This document shows, one piece after another, positions 40,488 to 52,828 of a stretch of DNA of 64,000 nucleotides. Under the pieces are notes generated by a model. It saw nothing but the letters and a program-made list of their open reading frames with translations, was not told where the DNA came from and searched no databases. The number at the start of each line of letters is the position of its first letter. The first letter of the stretch is position 1. Position numbers and translations under genes: made by a program. The stretch comes from a virus. The stretch lies in the IMG/VR virus record IMGVR_UViG_3300029908_000016, positions 1 through 64,000 of that record; one strand, given 5' to 3'.

Positions 40488-41161
40488 CTCCAATAACTTG
40501 AACTTATAATCGTAGTGTTACCTGTTTTTGTTCCTCCATCAATACCAGTAGTATCATCATACATTGGAGATACTGTTTTACCAAATACTGAACAAGTATA
40601 ACCAGGGCACACAACAGAACCTATATTTGTAACGTTGTTAGCCCCCGTACCTCCAACAGATATAAGCAGTCGAGGATAATATAACCCAGTTCCTAACTTA
40701 TCCCAGTAGGTACCACCCCAAATGATAGCAAGCCCAAAGTTTGCTTCTTCTGCTTCACTGCCTGTAGAATATGCATTATAATTTAAACTAAGTCCATTAC
40801 CTAGTCCAATTAAATTATTATTCGTTCTTATCGCCGGTGACCATGGAGTAGAAGGAATTGATGTAGGTGCTCCAGTTAAAGGCTGATTATATAGCCCTAA
40901 ACTTGGACCGGCGGCACTACCATTAAAATAAATAGTTTCTGTAGGATCAATGTTTGGTATGTAAGTCCATGTCCAAGTGCATTCAATATTTTTGGATAGC
41001 CAATATTCTTTAACAATCTCCTGAGTGGTTAATCCAATATTATAACCATAATTTGCAGGAGGAACTCCTATAATAGGAGTAAAGGGTAAGAATCCTTGAT
41101 TATAATATAATGCTACACTCATTCTATACTGGTTCAGGATAAATAGCCGCGTTACCACCAA
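40484..41161 (-). CDS. putative tail/baseplate protein
   Basis: Gly/Thr/aromatic-rich, coupled to the Cys-rich gene. Confidence 0.5.
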   Translation of the reverse strand: MVVTRLFILNQYRMSVALYYNQGFLPFTPIIGVPPANYGYNIGLTTQEIVKEYWLSKNIECTWTWTYIPNIDPTETIYFNGSAAGPSLGLYNQPLTGAPTSIPSTPWSPAIRTNNNLIGLGNGLSLNYNAYSTGSEAEEANFGLAIIWGGTYWDKLGTGLYYPRLLISVGGTGANNVTNIGSVVCPGYTCSVFGKTVSPMYDDTTGIDGGTKTGNTTIISSSYWS

Positions 41162-42326
41162 TAGCTGTATTTACGATATTCAAATTATTGAAGCAGCTTT
41201 GTAATGATATGGAAGATGTGATTGTTGCAATAGGATATTGTGCGTATGTTTGATTAGGTGGTGTAGAGCCATCAAATTGTGCAATTGTAGGAGACGAGAA
41301 CACAATTCCACTTGGGCCTAGATTATTTGTTGTACATATTTTTGCAGCGGTAGGTGATAATCCCGAAACTGTTAATTCCAACCAAACCAAGTCATTAGAA
41401 TTTATCGAAGAAATCGAAGTGTTTAAACTTGTAATTGATATTGAAGAGGATGTTGGAAATTGCGAAAGATTTCCAGGTAATACGGTTAATGATGCACCAC
41501 TTGGAGACAAAACTACATAGAACGGTGTTTTTGGGCAGTTATTACTAATTTGTCGGGCGTAGTAAGTTATTTCCTCTACTGTGAAATCAATGACTTGTGT
41601 TGTCGAAGCCAAGGGGCAACTACCATCACATGTAGAAGTTGGGCTAGGACTACCAACTACTTCATAGACAAAGTTACATAGACTAATAATATCCCCTTGT
41701 TTAGGGGTTGTACCCAACGTAGAGTACCTACTTTGTATATTTGTGCGAACTTGACAACAAGTAGCAGTACAATCCAGACAAGTAGCTGCCACGTCATTGC
41801 CCCCACCTCCTCCCCCAATATTACCAACCAAAGCAAAATTACAAGGACCACCAACAACGTTTAAACTATTTGGCTGGGTTGGATCATTACTCACACTACT
41901 TGAAAAATTGGTACCCGATGAACAGGGTATGGTAGGTACGTTGATATCGATAATTCCACCAATTACAAAATTACAAGGACCACCCACTACACTGATACTA
42001 CCAGTTGTACTTGCTGAACCACTACCCACAATCGTAATTGCGGATTCAAAAGTAACACCCTGAGGGCAAGGTATGTTGATATTGATCTTCGGTATGTGTA
42101 TTGGAGGAATGGGAAAAACATTATTGAACGTATATTTGCATCCTCCTTGTGGAGTAGTCAGCACACCACTGACATTCAAATCATTAGTGATTAGTGCAGG
42201 GAGATTACATTCAGCAGGCTGGCAGGAAGGATCAGGTGTAATATAAGCAGCCTGATAACCTGTATTACCTGCGTTAAAATCAATACTACTGACATTAACG
42301 CTTAGAGGAGGGTAACAGGTAGCCAT
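41124..42326 (-). CDS. Cys/Pro-rich putative tail-tip protein
   Basis: Repeated VVGGPCNF and many Cys residues. Confidence 0.5.
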   Translation of the reverse strand: MATCYPPLSVNVSSIDFNAGNTGYQAAYITPDPSCQPAECNLPALITNDLNVSGVLTTPQGGCKYTFNNVFPIPPIHIPKININIPCPQGVTFESAITIVGSGSASTTGSISVVGGPCNFVIGGIIDINVPTIPCSSGTNFSSSVSNDPTQPNSLNVVGGPCNFALVGNIGGGGGGNDVAATCLDCTATCCQVRTNIQSRYSTLGTTPKQGDIISLCNFVYEVVGSPSPTSTCDGSCPLASTTQVIDFTVEEITYYARQISNNCPKTPFYVVLSPSGASLTVLPGNLSQFPTSSSISITSLNTSISSINSNDLVWLELTVSGLSPTAAKICTTNNLGPSGIVFSSPTIAQFDGSTPPNQTYAQYPIATITSSISLQSCFNNLNIVNTAIGGNAAIYPEPV

Positions 42327-42703
42327 TAATCGAGTTTATGAATAACTCGATATAAAAACAAGTTCAAAAAAGCCAAAGGAAAAACACTGACCAATGTTGA
42401 TAAATCGATATCTGAATAAGTGTCAAATAATGAATAGACTACAAATATATTAAATACCGCGAACCAGAATGATAGGCATGTAGCACATATTAGTAATCTA
42501 ACAATAAAACAATCATGATACTCAGAAAGATACCCTACATAATTATGAGGGTACCCTTCTTTTTTTAATTTGAAGTACTCGTCTAATCGAAAAAAATACC
42601 GAAAGCCAAATAAACACATATACTCAATAAATGCATTTGTATTCAACCAAACTTCTATTACATAAGCAGAAGATAGTGTATTGATTAGGAGTAATTCAAG
42701 CAT
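42326..42703 (-). CDS. membrane protein with CxxC..FW motif
   Basis: Hydrophobic segments and LICATCLSFW. Confidence 0.55.
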   Translation of the reverse strand: MLELLLINTLSSAYVIEVWLNTNAFIEYMCLFGFRYFFRLDEYFKLKKEGYPHNYVGYLSEYHDCFIVRLLICATCLSFWFAVFNIFVVYSLFDTYSDIDLSTLVSVFPLAFLNLFLYRVIHKLD

Positions 42704-43866
42704 TTTATTAACCGGTTGCAGGTGGAGTATCTGTTACTTTTGAATAACCCAAAAGGTCAGAAATTTTTGCTTTCAACTCTTCAACTAACGCTTTTTGAGC
42801 AGATAGTGCAGAATCATTAATAGTTACTTGATTTAGTTGTTTTTGAACATCGTTAAAGGTTTGTTGAAGCTGTTGCTTATAACCATTGTTCTTGGTTATA
42901 CGTTCATTGACTTGACGAAGAGCGTCGTTCAATACTTCAATAGAGATGTGAGGGGCAGGTTCATTTGAACCTACTACAGGTAGTACAATTGGAGAGGGAT
43001 CAGGCATTTTTCTTTTTAAGTATTAGTGTTTTGGTCTTGTAGGTCTTCGCCATCAGATTTGAGAATGTCTTTAATTTCGTTTTCAATTCTTTTGATTTCA
43101 TCGCGAAAACCAGCTGCGGCATCTTTCTTCTGGCTTTTAATCTGCTGCATTTCTACATAAAGATTGTACACTCGTTCTGCGTTCGTGACAACCGGTGTAG
43201 TAGAATTGGCTGCTGTTGTTTCTGTAGTATTACTCATATTAAATTTTGATATTCTTCTTAAAGTAGATTTCTCGGTTCTTTAACACCAAAACAAAATTTT
43301 CTTTTCCGCTCTCGTCTTTTACTACAATGTTTTGACCATTCTCGTTTCGAAGAAACACTAACGCAATATTGGTGTTACGATTAGCATAAAATACATCTTC
43401 AACAACACGGTTGGTTTCCTTATCGTAAACCGAGTATGCTCGTGAAAGCTTGTCATCCGCCGCTAAAGTAAAGGGTGCGTCATCATCACTATATGATAGC
43501 CTTTGTCCACCTACGATTGTCAGATCCTTAGGTACTTCTTTCAAAGCAGCTTTCGGAGGTTCATCTACATTATTCTCAAATTCTGGACGAGAAGATTTGG
43601 AGATAATAGTATTTTCATCCTTCTTAGCATTTTCAAAAATTTCATCAACCGTATTACTATCCAGAATCGTATTCAGATTCTCTACTGAATTGTTATTCTT
43701 AGAAACTTCTGAATCATTAGTCTTTTGTGTATCTCCGTTAAAAAGCTGAACTAGTCGATCATGTTCTTTTTCAGCTACAGTCTTTTCTTTAAAAGTGTTT
43801 GTTGTTACTGGTGTAACAGGTGTTTGGTTGGTTACTTCGCGGTTTTTCTTGGGTCGTCCCATATGT

Positions 43867-44865
43867 TTAATTTCCTTTGTTTGAGTTAAATCCTTCTTCC
43901 AAATATACGGGTTTTCTTAAAGGTGTCAACAGACTGTTCAATTCTTTTTTTGTTATTGTTAGTAATTTTAAGCTTTTGTCCATCCACCCATAAGACAGTT
44001 TAAATTGCTTTTCTTCATAAACCACTCCACAAGGGAATACTGAAGCATTACCCCATAATACAACTTCTTCCGTATAATCTCCCATAACTAATGGAATACG
44101 AGTTTGGCTTAGAAGTTCAAATTTTTCTGCATTTCTTTTAAAGGTATAACATCCTAGATAATAAACCCTGCCAATACCGTATTCTTCTGTATTACTAAAA
44201 GGATCTGCTTTTGCAGAACTATGAAAAAAATGATAAAAGATACCATCAATTTCGATAGCGGAAGCTCCTCCTCTTATTTCACCAAAAGGCCAATTGAATA
44301 ATCGGCTATCACCTTGTTCTTTAATTAGTATATCATTTTCAAATTCAGCGATAATTGTAACAGGTTGCGTTTTATAAATGAATGTAGGATTTTTTTGATT
44401 ATTTAGAAAGCACCAGTTCTTCTCAAAAGTCATGGGTGTCTGAAAATTAAAAAAATGTTCATTAGCTTTCTTGGTAGCATTCTGACGTTCTTCAATTGTC
44501 CAATTATCTTGATAGTTTAATTTTTTATATCCTTTATAATGCAGGTTTTCTGTTAATTCTACCAGCCCTTGAAATTGGCAGTTTGTTTTCAGATTTATCT
44601 GACTGACGGCTAAATAAGGTTTATCATCTATAATAATAAATCGAGGGTCTTCAAATAGATGATTAAGAATGGGTATTTTTATTTCCCAATTGGCACCTGT
44701 AGGTTGCCAATCTTTATTCATTCTAGTAATGTATAATTTACATTTCCAAGTATCCCAATTAGCCCTATAAGCCATGTAGTTCTCGACCTTATATTTAAAA
44801 ATAGCTCCATTAAATAGGTAAGGAGCATTGACCAGCTTTTCCAAAGGTATATTAGTTATATCCAT
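43867..44865 (-). CDS. beta-propeller glycoside hydrolase-like protein (GH130-like)
   Basis: EDPRF, EKNW, RGG, FFHS, VFPCG and SYG.MD motifs. Confidence 0.7.
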   Translation of the reverse strand: MDITNIPLEKLVNAPYLFNGAIFKYKVENYMAYRANWDTWKCKLYITRMNKDWQPTGANWEIKIPILNHLFEDPRFIIIDDKPYLAVSQINLKTNCQFQGLVELTENLHYKGYKKLNYQDNWTIEERQNATKKANEHFFNFQTPMTFEKNWCFLNNQKNPTFIYKTQPVTIIAEFENDILIKEQGDSRLFNWPFGEIRGGASAIEIDGIFYHFFHSSAKADPFSNTEEYGIGRVYYLGCYTFKRNAEKFELLSQTRIPLVMGDYTEEVVLWGNASVFPCGVVYEEKQFKLSYGWMDKSLKLLTITKKELNSLLTPLRKPVYLEEGFNSNKGN

Positions 44866-44905
44866 GCGAATACAATCTAAATTACACTCAAGGAATATGC
44901 AAATG

Positions 44906-44937
44906 AAAAGACGCCAAATATTAACTTGGCGTCTTTT
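44906..44937. terminator. intrinsic terminator downstream of 44960..45331
   Basis: AAAAGACGCCAA-ATATTAAC-TTGGCGTCTTTT. Confidence 0.8.
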
Positions 44938-44959
44938 TCTAATCGACTAAAATTTTATA

Positions 44960-45331
44960 CTAGTTTGCCTGTACAGTAAAAACTTTACCAGGAATTCCTG
45001 AGAAGTTGGAGTCATATTCGATGACATAATTAAACCCAATTGCCCCGCCAGCTGTAGACTGTGTAATAGATATAGGGGCAGCAGTAGAAATATTGTAATT
45101 TGGATAAACGTCTACTTTTACAGGAGTAGCATCAAGTGTAGCAATAGTTGCTTTAATAATCTTTTTAGATGGTATAGTTCCAAAATAGAAAAAATCTCCA
45201 CGAGTGTATGAACCTGCTGGTACGGTTCCGTATTCGCAGTTATAATTTCCATAACGGGTCCACGATGCTCCATTTACCTGAGTTAATGAATTAGTTACGA
45301 CACCTTTGATTACTAGTCTACTATTAGCCAT
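44960..45331 (-). CDS. putative structural protein
   Basis: SD-like AAAGGA upstream, own terminator, beta-rich composition. Confidence 0.5.
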   Translation of the reverse strand: MANSRLVIKGVVTNSLTQVNGASWTRYGNYNCEYGTVPAGSYTRGDFFYFGTIPSKKIIKATIATLDATPVKVDVYPNYNISTAAPISITQSTAGGAIGFNYVIEYDSNFSGIPGKVFTVQAN

Positions 45332-45457
45332 ATTGTTGTTTCCTTTATAATTTGTTAATTGAATCAGCTATTAAAATTAGACTAACATGAAAATAAAGTG
45401 TACACAATATTTTATTTAGACTATTTGACTTATAATTACCATATAGTATAGTCAATT

Positions 45458-46801
45458 ATGTTTGTAAATTACGATGAGTTTAAAAAATACTCAAAAGGTT
45501 CTGGAAGGAAAGTTGAAATAACTTGTGAAAAGTGTAAAAAAACAAGACTTAAAACAGTTGCAGAATTATATAAATTTAATAGACATTTGCCAGACTCCAC
45601 ACATGGCTGCGTGCACTGTAAAAAAGATGTCGCAGAAAGAAATAATTTATTAAAATATGGTGTAAAGAATACATCGCAATTACCTGAAGTTAGAGCAAAA
45701 CATAGAGCATCTTGTTTAAAAAACTTAGGTGTAGAATTCCCTATGCAAAATAAGGACGTACAATCTAAGAATAAAAAAACAAATTTAATACGTTATGGAG
45801 TAGAATGCTCTCTTCAAAATCCTGAAATTAGAAAGAAAAGTTTAACTACATTATTTAATAATTATGGGGTAGATAGCGCAAATAAAAATGAAAGTATAAA
45901 ACTAAAGGGTATAAAAACTAAATTAAGAATATATGGAACATTACATCCTAGGATTAATAAAGAGGAGAATAAATTAAAGGATTTTTTAAATTCTTTTGGG
46001 TTTAATTTTATTTCTGATTATGACTTATTAAGTGGTAAAGAAATAGATGCTTACGACATTAATCTAAAATTGGGGATAGAGTATTGTGGGCTTTATTATC
46101 ATAATGAGCTATCTCCCAACCCGAGAGATAAAGATTATCACAATAATAAAAGATTAAAATGTGAAGCCCAGGGAGTTAGACTAATTACTATATTTGAAGA
46201 TGAATGGAGACGTAGAAACAGCCAAGTTAAAGGTTATTTAAAGGCAATTTTAAATAAAACAAATTTTAAGATATACGCTCGAAAATGTTTAGTTAAGGAT
46301 ATAGATAAAAAAGAAGCTAACGCCTTTATCAATAAATACCATATACAAGGAGCAAACCTTTTAGGTATTTATTTTGCAGGATTGTATTATAAAGAAGAAT
46401 TAGTTGGAGTTATGAGTTTTGGAAAACATCCTAGAAACTTTCGAAAATTAACTTTAGATCGTTTATGTTTTAGAGAAGATTATTCAATAATAGGAGGGGC
46501 TTCTAAGATGTTTGTCTATTTAACCAAAAAATTTGATATACACGAGATTATTAGTTGGTCGGATAATCGATGGTCGCAAGGTAATGTGTATAACGCTTTA
46601 GGATTTAACTTAGACGAAGAATTACCTCCAGATTATAGCTACGTATATATTAAAAATCCTGTAGAACGTTTATCTAAACATTCTCAAATGAAAAGAAATA
46701 CTAAGTGTCCTATTGATAAAACAGAACTAGAGTGGGCAACTGAAAGAGGGTTAGCAAGAATTTGGGACTGTGGTAAAAAAAGATGGATATGGAAATCGTA
46801 A
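45458..46801 (+). CDS. Hef-like free-standing homing endonuclease
   Basis: Zn finger, (K/R)YGV repeats, EID.Y...GIEY.G.YYH nuclease motif, IYARKC...IWDCG C-terminal domain. Confidence 0.8.
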   Translation: MFVNYDEFKKYSKGSGRKVEITCEKCKKTRLKTVAELYKFNRHLPDSTHGCVHCKKDVAERNNLLKYGVKNTSQLPEVRAKHRASCLKNLGVEFPMQNKDVQSKNKKTNLIRYGVECSLQNPEIRKKSLTTLFNNYGVDSANKNESIKLKGIKTKLRIYGTLHPRINKEENKLKDFLNSFGFNFISDYDLLSGKEIDAYDINLKLGIEYCGLYYHNELSPNPRDKDYHNNKRLKCEAQGVRLITIFEDEWRRRNSQVKGYLKAILNKTNFKIYARKCLVKDIDKKEANAFINKYHIQGANLLGIYFAGLYYKEELVGVMSFGKHPRNFRKLTLDRLCFREDYSIIGGASKMFVYLTKKFDIHEIISWSDNRWSQGNVYNALGFNLDEELPPDYSYVYIKNPVERLSKHSQMKRNTKCPIDKTELEWATERGLARIWDCGKKRWIWKS

Positions 46802-46803
46802 GC

Positions 46804-47484
46804 TTATTTATACTTCTCAAAAAGCTTTGAATGCAGCTTTTCAATTTCATTTGGATTGTAGTTTTTTCTATTTCTATCCAATAAATCTTTACCCCATTCA
46901 TCAGCAATCGTTTTATCTTGAATACCAAAATCGTGTAATAATGAGTAGAGATGAAACTTACTATTAGCAATTTGGTAATGAAATTGTTGATTATCTGGAG
47001 AAAATATTACTTTTCCACCAATGCCCGAACCAGGTTCAACATTGATTTGTCCTTCAATCAATCCAGATTTTGCTCTTCGACAATATACACCCGATTTTAA
47101 CAGCGATTGAATTAAACTAATACTCTCAACACCATGCATGATGGTTGTATTTCGTTCAGTGACCCATGGTACTCTGGCTAATACAGTTTCTTTACTATCT
47201 ATTACCCCACCATCTTTTTTATTGATTAATTCAATTTTTGCTCTTAATGGTACGGATAAATCCTTCTTTTCAAGAATAGCGTTCTTTTGTTCTTGAATAC
47301 TGAACACTTGATTAGGGTCTGGATACTTTAAATCACTGACCTTTAATTTAAAGTTATTTGACTCCAATCGATTCAATCGATCTTCATAAGCTTCTTTAAC
47401 ATTACTAAGCACTTTATGCCTTACCGTTATAGGGTCAAAGAAACCCCGAGTATTCTCAGGAGGAGATACTTTCGCAGAAGCCAT
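46804..47484 (-). CDS. RNA polymerase beta subunit, N-terminal fragment
   Basis: LSVPLRAKIEL...LARVPWVTERNT.IMHG.E...Q..LKSGVY corresponds to RpoB PL.V...G.IP.MT..GTF.ING.E...Q..RSPGVY. Confidence 0.8.
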   Translation of the reverse strand: MASAKVSPPENTRGFFDPITVRHKVLSNVKEAYEDRLNRLESNNFKLKVSDLKYPDPNQVFSIQEQKNAILEKKDLSVPLRAKIELINKKDGGVIDSKETVLARVPWVTERNTTIMHGVESISLIQSLLKSGVYCRRAKSGLIEGQINVEPGSGIGGKVIFSPDNQQFHYQIANSKFHLYSLLHDFGIQDKTIADEWGKDLLDRNRKNYNPNEIEKLHSKLFEKYK

Positions 47485-47485
47485 A

Positions 47486-50400
47486 TTAATTATTGATTAA
47501 ACTGTCTACGTATTCTTTTACAGCAGGGTGAGATAATAGTTTTTTTGTACGCTCATCTTCTGCTTGAATTGTATTTTCTTGTTTCGTCGCTACGGATACA
47601 GGTTTCTTGTTTAATTGATTATCAATGATCGCACCTGTCACTAATGAAGACAAGTTATGTTTAGCAGTTTTGGACTGCCCAAAATATTGAGGAATGATTG
47701 GTTGTCTTGGAATATAACCATTATTCATCGGGTAGCTTCCCATTGCTCCCTGAGAAGGTTGAGAAGTAGGATTATCGGTTTGGCTGTTCAATAACCCATA
47801 CGCGATGGGTAACATCAAATACGGAGCAGCTTCACCCATCAATCCTTTAACCATATTCTCACCACCTGTTAATGTATTATTAATGGTTGTGGATAAACCG
47901 TTAGGTTGCATCAATGGTTTTACGTTGTTGTAAATATTTTCGGCAGAAGACACACCTGGTATCTGTTTGAGATAATCGTTAAACCCAGAAAGCTTATTCA
48001 TTAAATTGCTTCAATATTAACATTCAATGGACTATTTGAAGAACGATGTTCTTCTTTACCTATATTACTTTTTAAAATAATAGAGGCTAATGTTGTTGCT
48101 AATAATGGTTTATCAACAAAATCTTCTCTTACTTTCTGAGAAGATGGAAAATGCTTGGTTACAGGATGTGCCAAATTCTTTAAGCTTCTACTCAGTGCAC
48201 CATCAGAAATTGTTTCTTCAGCAGATTTCTCAATAGCCTTTAACATACCTATACACATTGCATCAACATGAGGAACATCCATTTCATCCAATGAAGCTTT
48301 CTTTTCTCTGGTTAACGCTTTCAAATAATCTTCATGAGCTTTTTCCAATTCTTTATGAAGATTGTTTTTCTTATAGCTATAATGTTCAGTTTCTTTTTCT
48401 TTGAAGCCTTTATAGATATGACCAATGTTATTCAAATGTTCTGTTAAGGAAGCTTTCTTGGCTTGCTGTAAGCGTTCTTTTGGAAGTTTGATTACAAATT
48501 TTTCTTCCTCTTCTTCTTTACGAGGTTCATTCAATATGTTCTTTAATTGAATACCACCATACAATCCCTTTCCTAACAAATAAGAATGTATACGTTTTTC
48601 TTCAGGTGAAAGGGGTCGTTCGGTCATAAAATTAATCTTCTGGTATTATCAAGGCAGGTTTTTCGGAATCAAGATCTTCAAGATAATGACTAACAATTAC
48701 ATACTTGCTGGTCACATTACTAAAATGGCTTTCCCATTTCGTTACATAATAACGAGGACTATTGATTAGTTCTTCGTAAAGCTTCTTTTCTTCAGGAATC
48801 GTAATATCAAATATTTGGACGTGGTTCTTGAAATTGGAAAATTTTTTCTTTTTTTGTTTGATACCCTTTTCTTCTTCAAAAGCATCAGCAATTTCTTCGT
48901 TTGATCTTCCTCCAAAACCAACCTTCTCAAATATTTCTTTTTCAAAGTCACGGTCATTCCGACGTTTGACTTTCAAATCGGACAGTTCACCAGCGTCATA
49001 AGCATCAACTACAAAAGATTCAGTATTAGGATTCATGTTCTTGATTAATTTTATTTGTTAATTTCTTTAACAAATTAATCTTGTCCTGATAAGTTTTCAA
49101 CTTTTTATTTTTTTCTGATATATCTTTGTCTAGATGTTCATAACCTGTAGCCATCCCATAACCACCCAAAGCAAGTGTACCCGCATACGCGCCTCCTGCC
49201 TTTGCACCAATGTCCAGAGGATTGAGCTTATCAAGGAAAGCGAGCTTCAATAAACTAGCTGCTTTTGTAACACCTGCTTCTGTGTGCATCGCCTGCAAAG
49301 CGTTTTCAAGCTCTTCCAATGAAGAACCTTGTTTTTCGAGATTTTCCGCAAAATTGGCTTTAAGTAGATTTAGAGGGTCCATGATTATTTAATAAACTAT
49401 TACTTATGATAACCCCAGCACCAAAGCCAGCCAAGGATAAAAGAATTTGTGTCTCTTTTTTAAATTGCAGAAATCTTGAAATTGCCAAGGCTGTCAAAGC
49501 ACCAGTTGAGCCTATAAATAAATTTTCTAAGGGATGTGGATTATCAATTATGGATAATATATGATTACGAGCATGATCGTCAACATGAGGATCGAGAGCA
49601 ACCAAAGTCGATAAATGTTGTCGATTGGTTGCTTCATTTAATATCTGTAAAGTATTATTCATATTAAACAGGACTAAAAGAAGCACTCGCTGCAGGTGTT
49701 AAAGCACCTTTTCCACCATAATACAAAGCCATGATTGTTGCTAACGGAATACCATAATCCATCAATTTTGAAACTAACGGATGTTGCACATCAAATGGGT
49801 CATTGTCCTTACGATTTTTATTTAACAGATAACTAGCTCCCATTGCACCCCCTGCAACAACCGGAGCAGGTAGATTTGTAAAATTATTAAAGGTATTTAC
49901 AGCCCCAGAGTATATATTAGCTGTTTTATTGATATCCACTTGTTCAGCTATTAAATCTTTAATCTGCTTATTGATTTTCTTTTTTAAAATGGCTTTCCAA
50001 ACATTCTCATTTTGATGCTTTAAAGTATAAGTAGGATTACGTTTACCTTCGTGCAGCGTAATATACAACTGACCAGGATGACTACGATGTACTTGCGCAG
50101 TACGTTCATGTGTAGCGATATTTGAATAATTATTATCGTTTAATCTTTTGATTTCGAAAGAATGATTGTCTTCTTCTTTGTCGGGTACCAATTTATCAGG
50201 GAATGAAAAACTATAAATTGTCTCTCCATTCTTTAAAGATAGTTTACCATCCTTATGCTTATATTTCCAATTTTGCTGATTATTGGAGAATGGAAAATGG
50301 GATGTTACTTCATGACTGGGTGGAAAGTCGAGGACTTCAGCCAATTTATAAAGTAATATCGCTTTTCCAAAATTCATGATTATTAAGGATAGGAATGTTC

Positions 50401-51693
50401 ACCCGATAAAGCAGCTATTGAATCAGGTGTGATTGTACCTGACTGTGGATAACCTGCTCCATATCCCGGATTTAACATTCCTCCAAAATTACCTTCGTTA
50501 TTTTTAATATTTGATAACAATGAAGGAAGATACTTATCACCACCATAAGCCCCTAATAATGTGGTAGCTAATCCAGGTAAACCAGATAGACCATAATGTT
50601 TCGCTAACAACATCGCTCCCAATCCACCTGCCAATGTTCCTGTCCAACCATTGTCCAATCCAGGAATTAAATCATTTTGTTTTGATATAGGATCTGCAGG
50701 ATTAGTATTCGTACCACTGATGTTATCTTTAATCCCCTGTTCCACCCCACCGGTAATACCTGAATAATCCAATAACTTTTTACCCCCATATAATGCACCT
50801 GCCCCAATAGCTCCTGCTGTACCAAGTTGTCGAGCACCGTATCGAGCTAATAAAGCTGCTGGAGCAGCAGCGGCTGTACCAATTGGTCCAAACATTGCAC
50901 CAGTTCCAAGTATTGAAGCAGGTGCCATATTACGTTCAATGAATCCTCGATTACCTTCTCGGTTCGTACCGTTCCATAACAAATCAGTTAATGAGTTATC
51001 TAACGGAGCTTTACCAATTAGTTTATTAAATAATGTTGGATCGGATGGTTGTGGAGTGGACTCTGGTGTTGATGTATTTACAGGATTGGATTTTCCTTTA
51101 TTGGAATAAGCTTCTTCTGCTGCATTTCGAGCATCAATACCTACAGGTGCTTGTAATCCTGGTTCTTTGTTTTGTGGGGCATAAGAGGTATTATCAATAT
51201 CTGTGGATGCTGCGTTAGATTGTGCCCTTGCTCTTGCTCGGTCATAAGTTGGATTTACCGATGTAGGTTGTTTCACAACCTTTGCTGGGTTTACGATTGG
51301 GTCAGGGCGTAAATATTTTCCAAATGATCGTTCAATTTGTGTCATTCTTGGCAATGCTTGTTCAATCGCAGGTAAAGCTGCATCACCCAATTCTCCAAGA
51401 CCTGCTGCGTTTTTAAATAACTTTTCTGCTGTATCGAATACACCTTGAATATATTCTTTTGAATAGCCGGATTGTATAGCAGCTATCTTAAATTGTTTCT
51501 GAAAATGCATTGAAGCTTTTTTTAGCTCTTCAATTGGATTTTCAATTTCTCCAATCTCATAAGATATCTTTGTAAACAATGCATTATCAGATAGTTGGCT
51601 ATCAATATACTCTTCTGCCTTTTTTTGAATGGAGGATAGAGAATGTAATAAAGGATAAATAAAGGGAGGAAGAGTTTCCATATACTTAATCAA
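47486..51693 (-). other. operon of seven putative internal virion proteins (47486..48001, 48001..48627, 48632..49036, 49026..49382, 49360..49686, 49664..50377, 50383..51693)
   Basis: Tightly coupled ORFs, several with glycine-zipper segments and recurring K-x-(A/S/G) motifs; co-oriented with beta-N. Confidence 0.6.
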
Positions 51694-51736
51694 TACTAGC
51701 AGAATTTTGATATCGTCTACAAGTCATTAGATTTGA

Positions 51737-51772
51737 CCCCCTCCCAGAATATTCATTATAAATTGGTATAAT
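51737..51772 (+). promoter_or_regulatory. island-start promoter motif, copy 4
   Basis: CCCCCTCCC ... TTGGTATAAT, TATAAT at 51767-51772. Confidence 0.85.
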
Positions 51773-51815
51773 AAGTTGTGAAGGATTTTACTTACTCAAT
51801 TAATATACAAAAATT

Positions 51816-52034
51816 ATGAAAAACAATACAAATAATGAACTAGATGTTTACTACACAATACGGTTATTAACTATAACATGGTTATTATTTCTTACAATTA
51901 TACCAGCTATTATGTTGCTTCTTGATGGAACAATTGATGTTTCAGTAGCTAAAGATGTTGAGTCAGCGTGCTTGTCAATGTGCATGATTCTAATGGCTTT
52001 GGAATGCATTCTCAAATTAATAATCTCAGAATAA
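51816..52034 (+). CDS. small two-helix membrane protein
   Basis: Two hydrophobic segments; first gene after promoter copy 4. Confidence 0.65.
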   Translation: MKNNTNNELDVYYTIRLLTITWLLFLTIIPAIMLLLDGTIDVSVAKDVESACLSMCMILMALECILKLIISE

Positions 52035-52046
52035 TCAAATAAATAT

Positions 52047-52484
52047 ATGTTAACCGAACAACAAAAACAAGAAACCATCGAAGCGATTACACATTTCATC
52101 AAAACAGGAAGTACAAAAGGTATTGAAGTTTTTTATGAGAACAAATGGAATGCATTGGAAAACTATGTAGTGCCTCAAGTAAATTTTTTTAACAGCTATT
52201 TACCTCATCGATTAATCAAAAAAAAAGTTAAGGTAATTAATCGTTATCAACTTCCAAGTGTTATTTGGGTGTCTTCCAATGATTTTATTAAAAGTGCAAT
52301 GGTTGATCGTATTTTTGATAACAGCTTGCAATTGACTTTCTCTATTCATATCGACAATGACTATGTATCTGTAATACATCTTACAGACAAAGAGGAAGAC
52401 CTTCGAGTGTTAAGGCAGTTAAAATATTCATCTACGCATACTCCAAGTCCCTGTGATATACACTCCTTCATAATTGAAGAATAA
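52047..52484 (+). CDS. hypothetical protein
   Basis: ORF track. Confidence 0.65.
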   Translation: MLTEQQKQETIEAITHFIKTGSTKGIEVFYENKWNALENYVVPQVNFFNSYLPHRLIKKKVKVINRYQLPSVIWVSSNDFIKSAMVDRIFDNSLQLTFSIHIDNDYVSVIHLTDKEEDLRVLRQLKYSSTHTPSPCDIHSFIIEE

Positions 52485-52828
52485 TTTGGAACGACATAAC
52501 GTTGTTCCGTTAACCAACAACACAACAACAAAGGACGATATGTTCATTCGTGGTGTCTACTGGACTCGCAGTGAATGGTTGGATTATATTCATAATCGAT
52601 GACCGATTGTGAATCAACACATCCCACTACGGTCATTCCGTAGTGGGTAATATTACAACACTTTATGGAAGATATAAATAATTACGAATTCTACAGCTAT
52701 TCATTAGATGCGTTGAAAATGTTGGTGGATTTACGTTGGATACGTATCTTTGAAAGAGATAGCCTATATGATTGGAAAACCGAAATAAAACATTATGAAA
52801 ATTGTAATATCATCGAATAATCAACATT

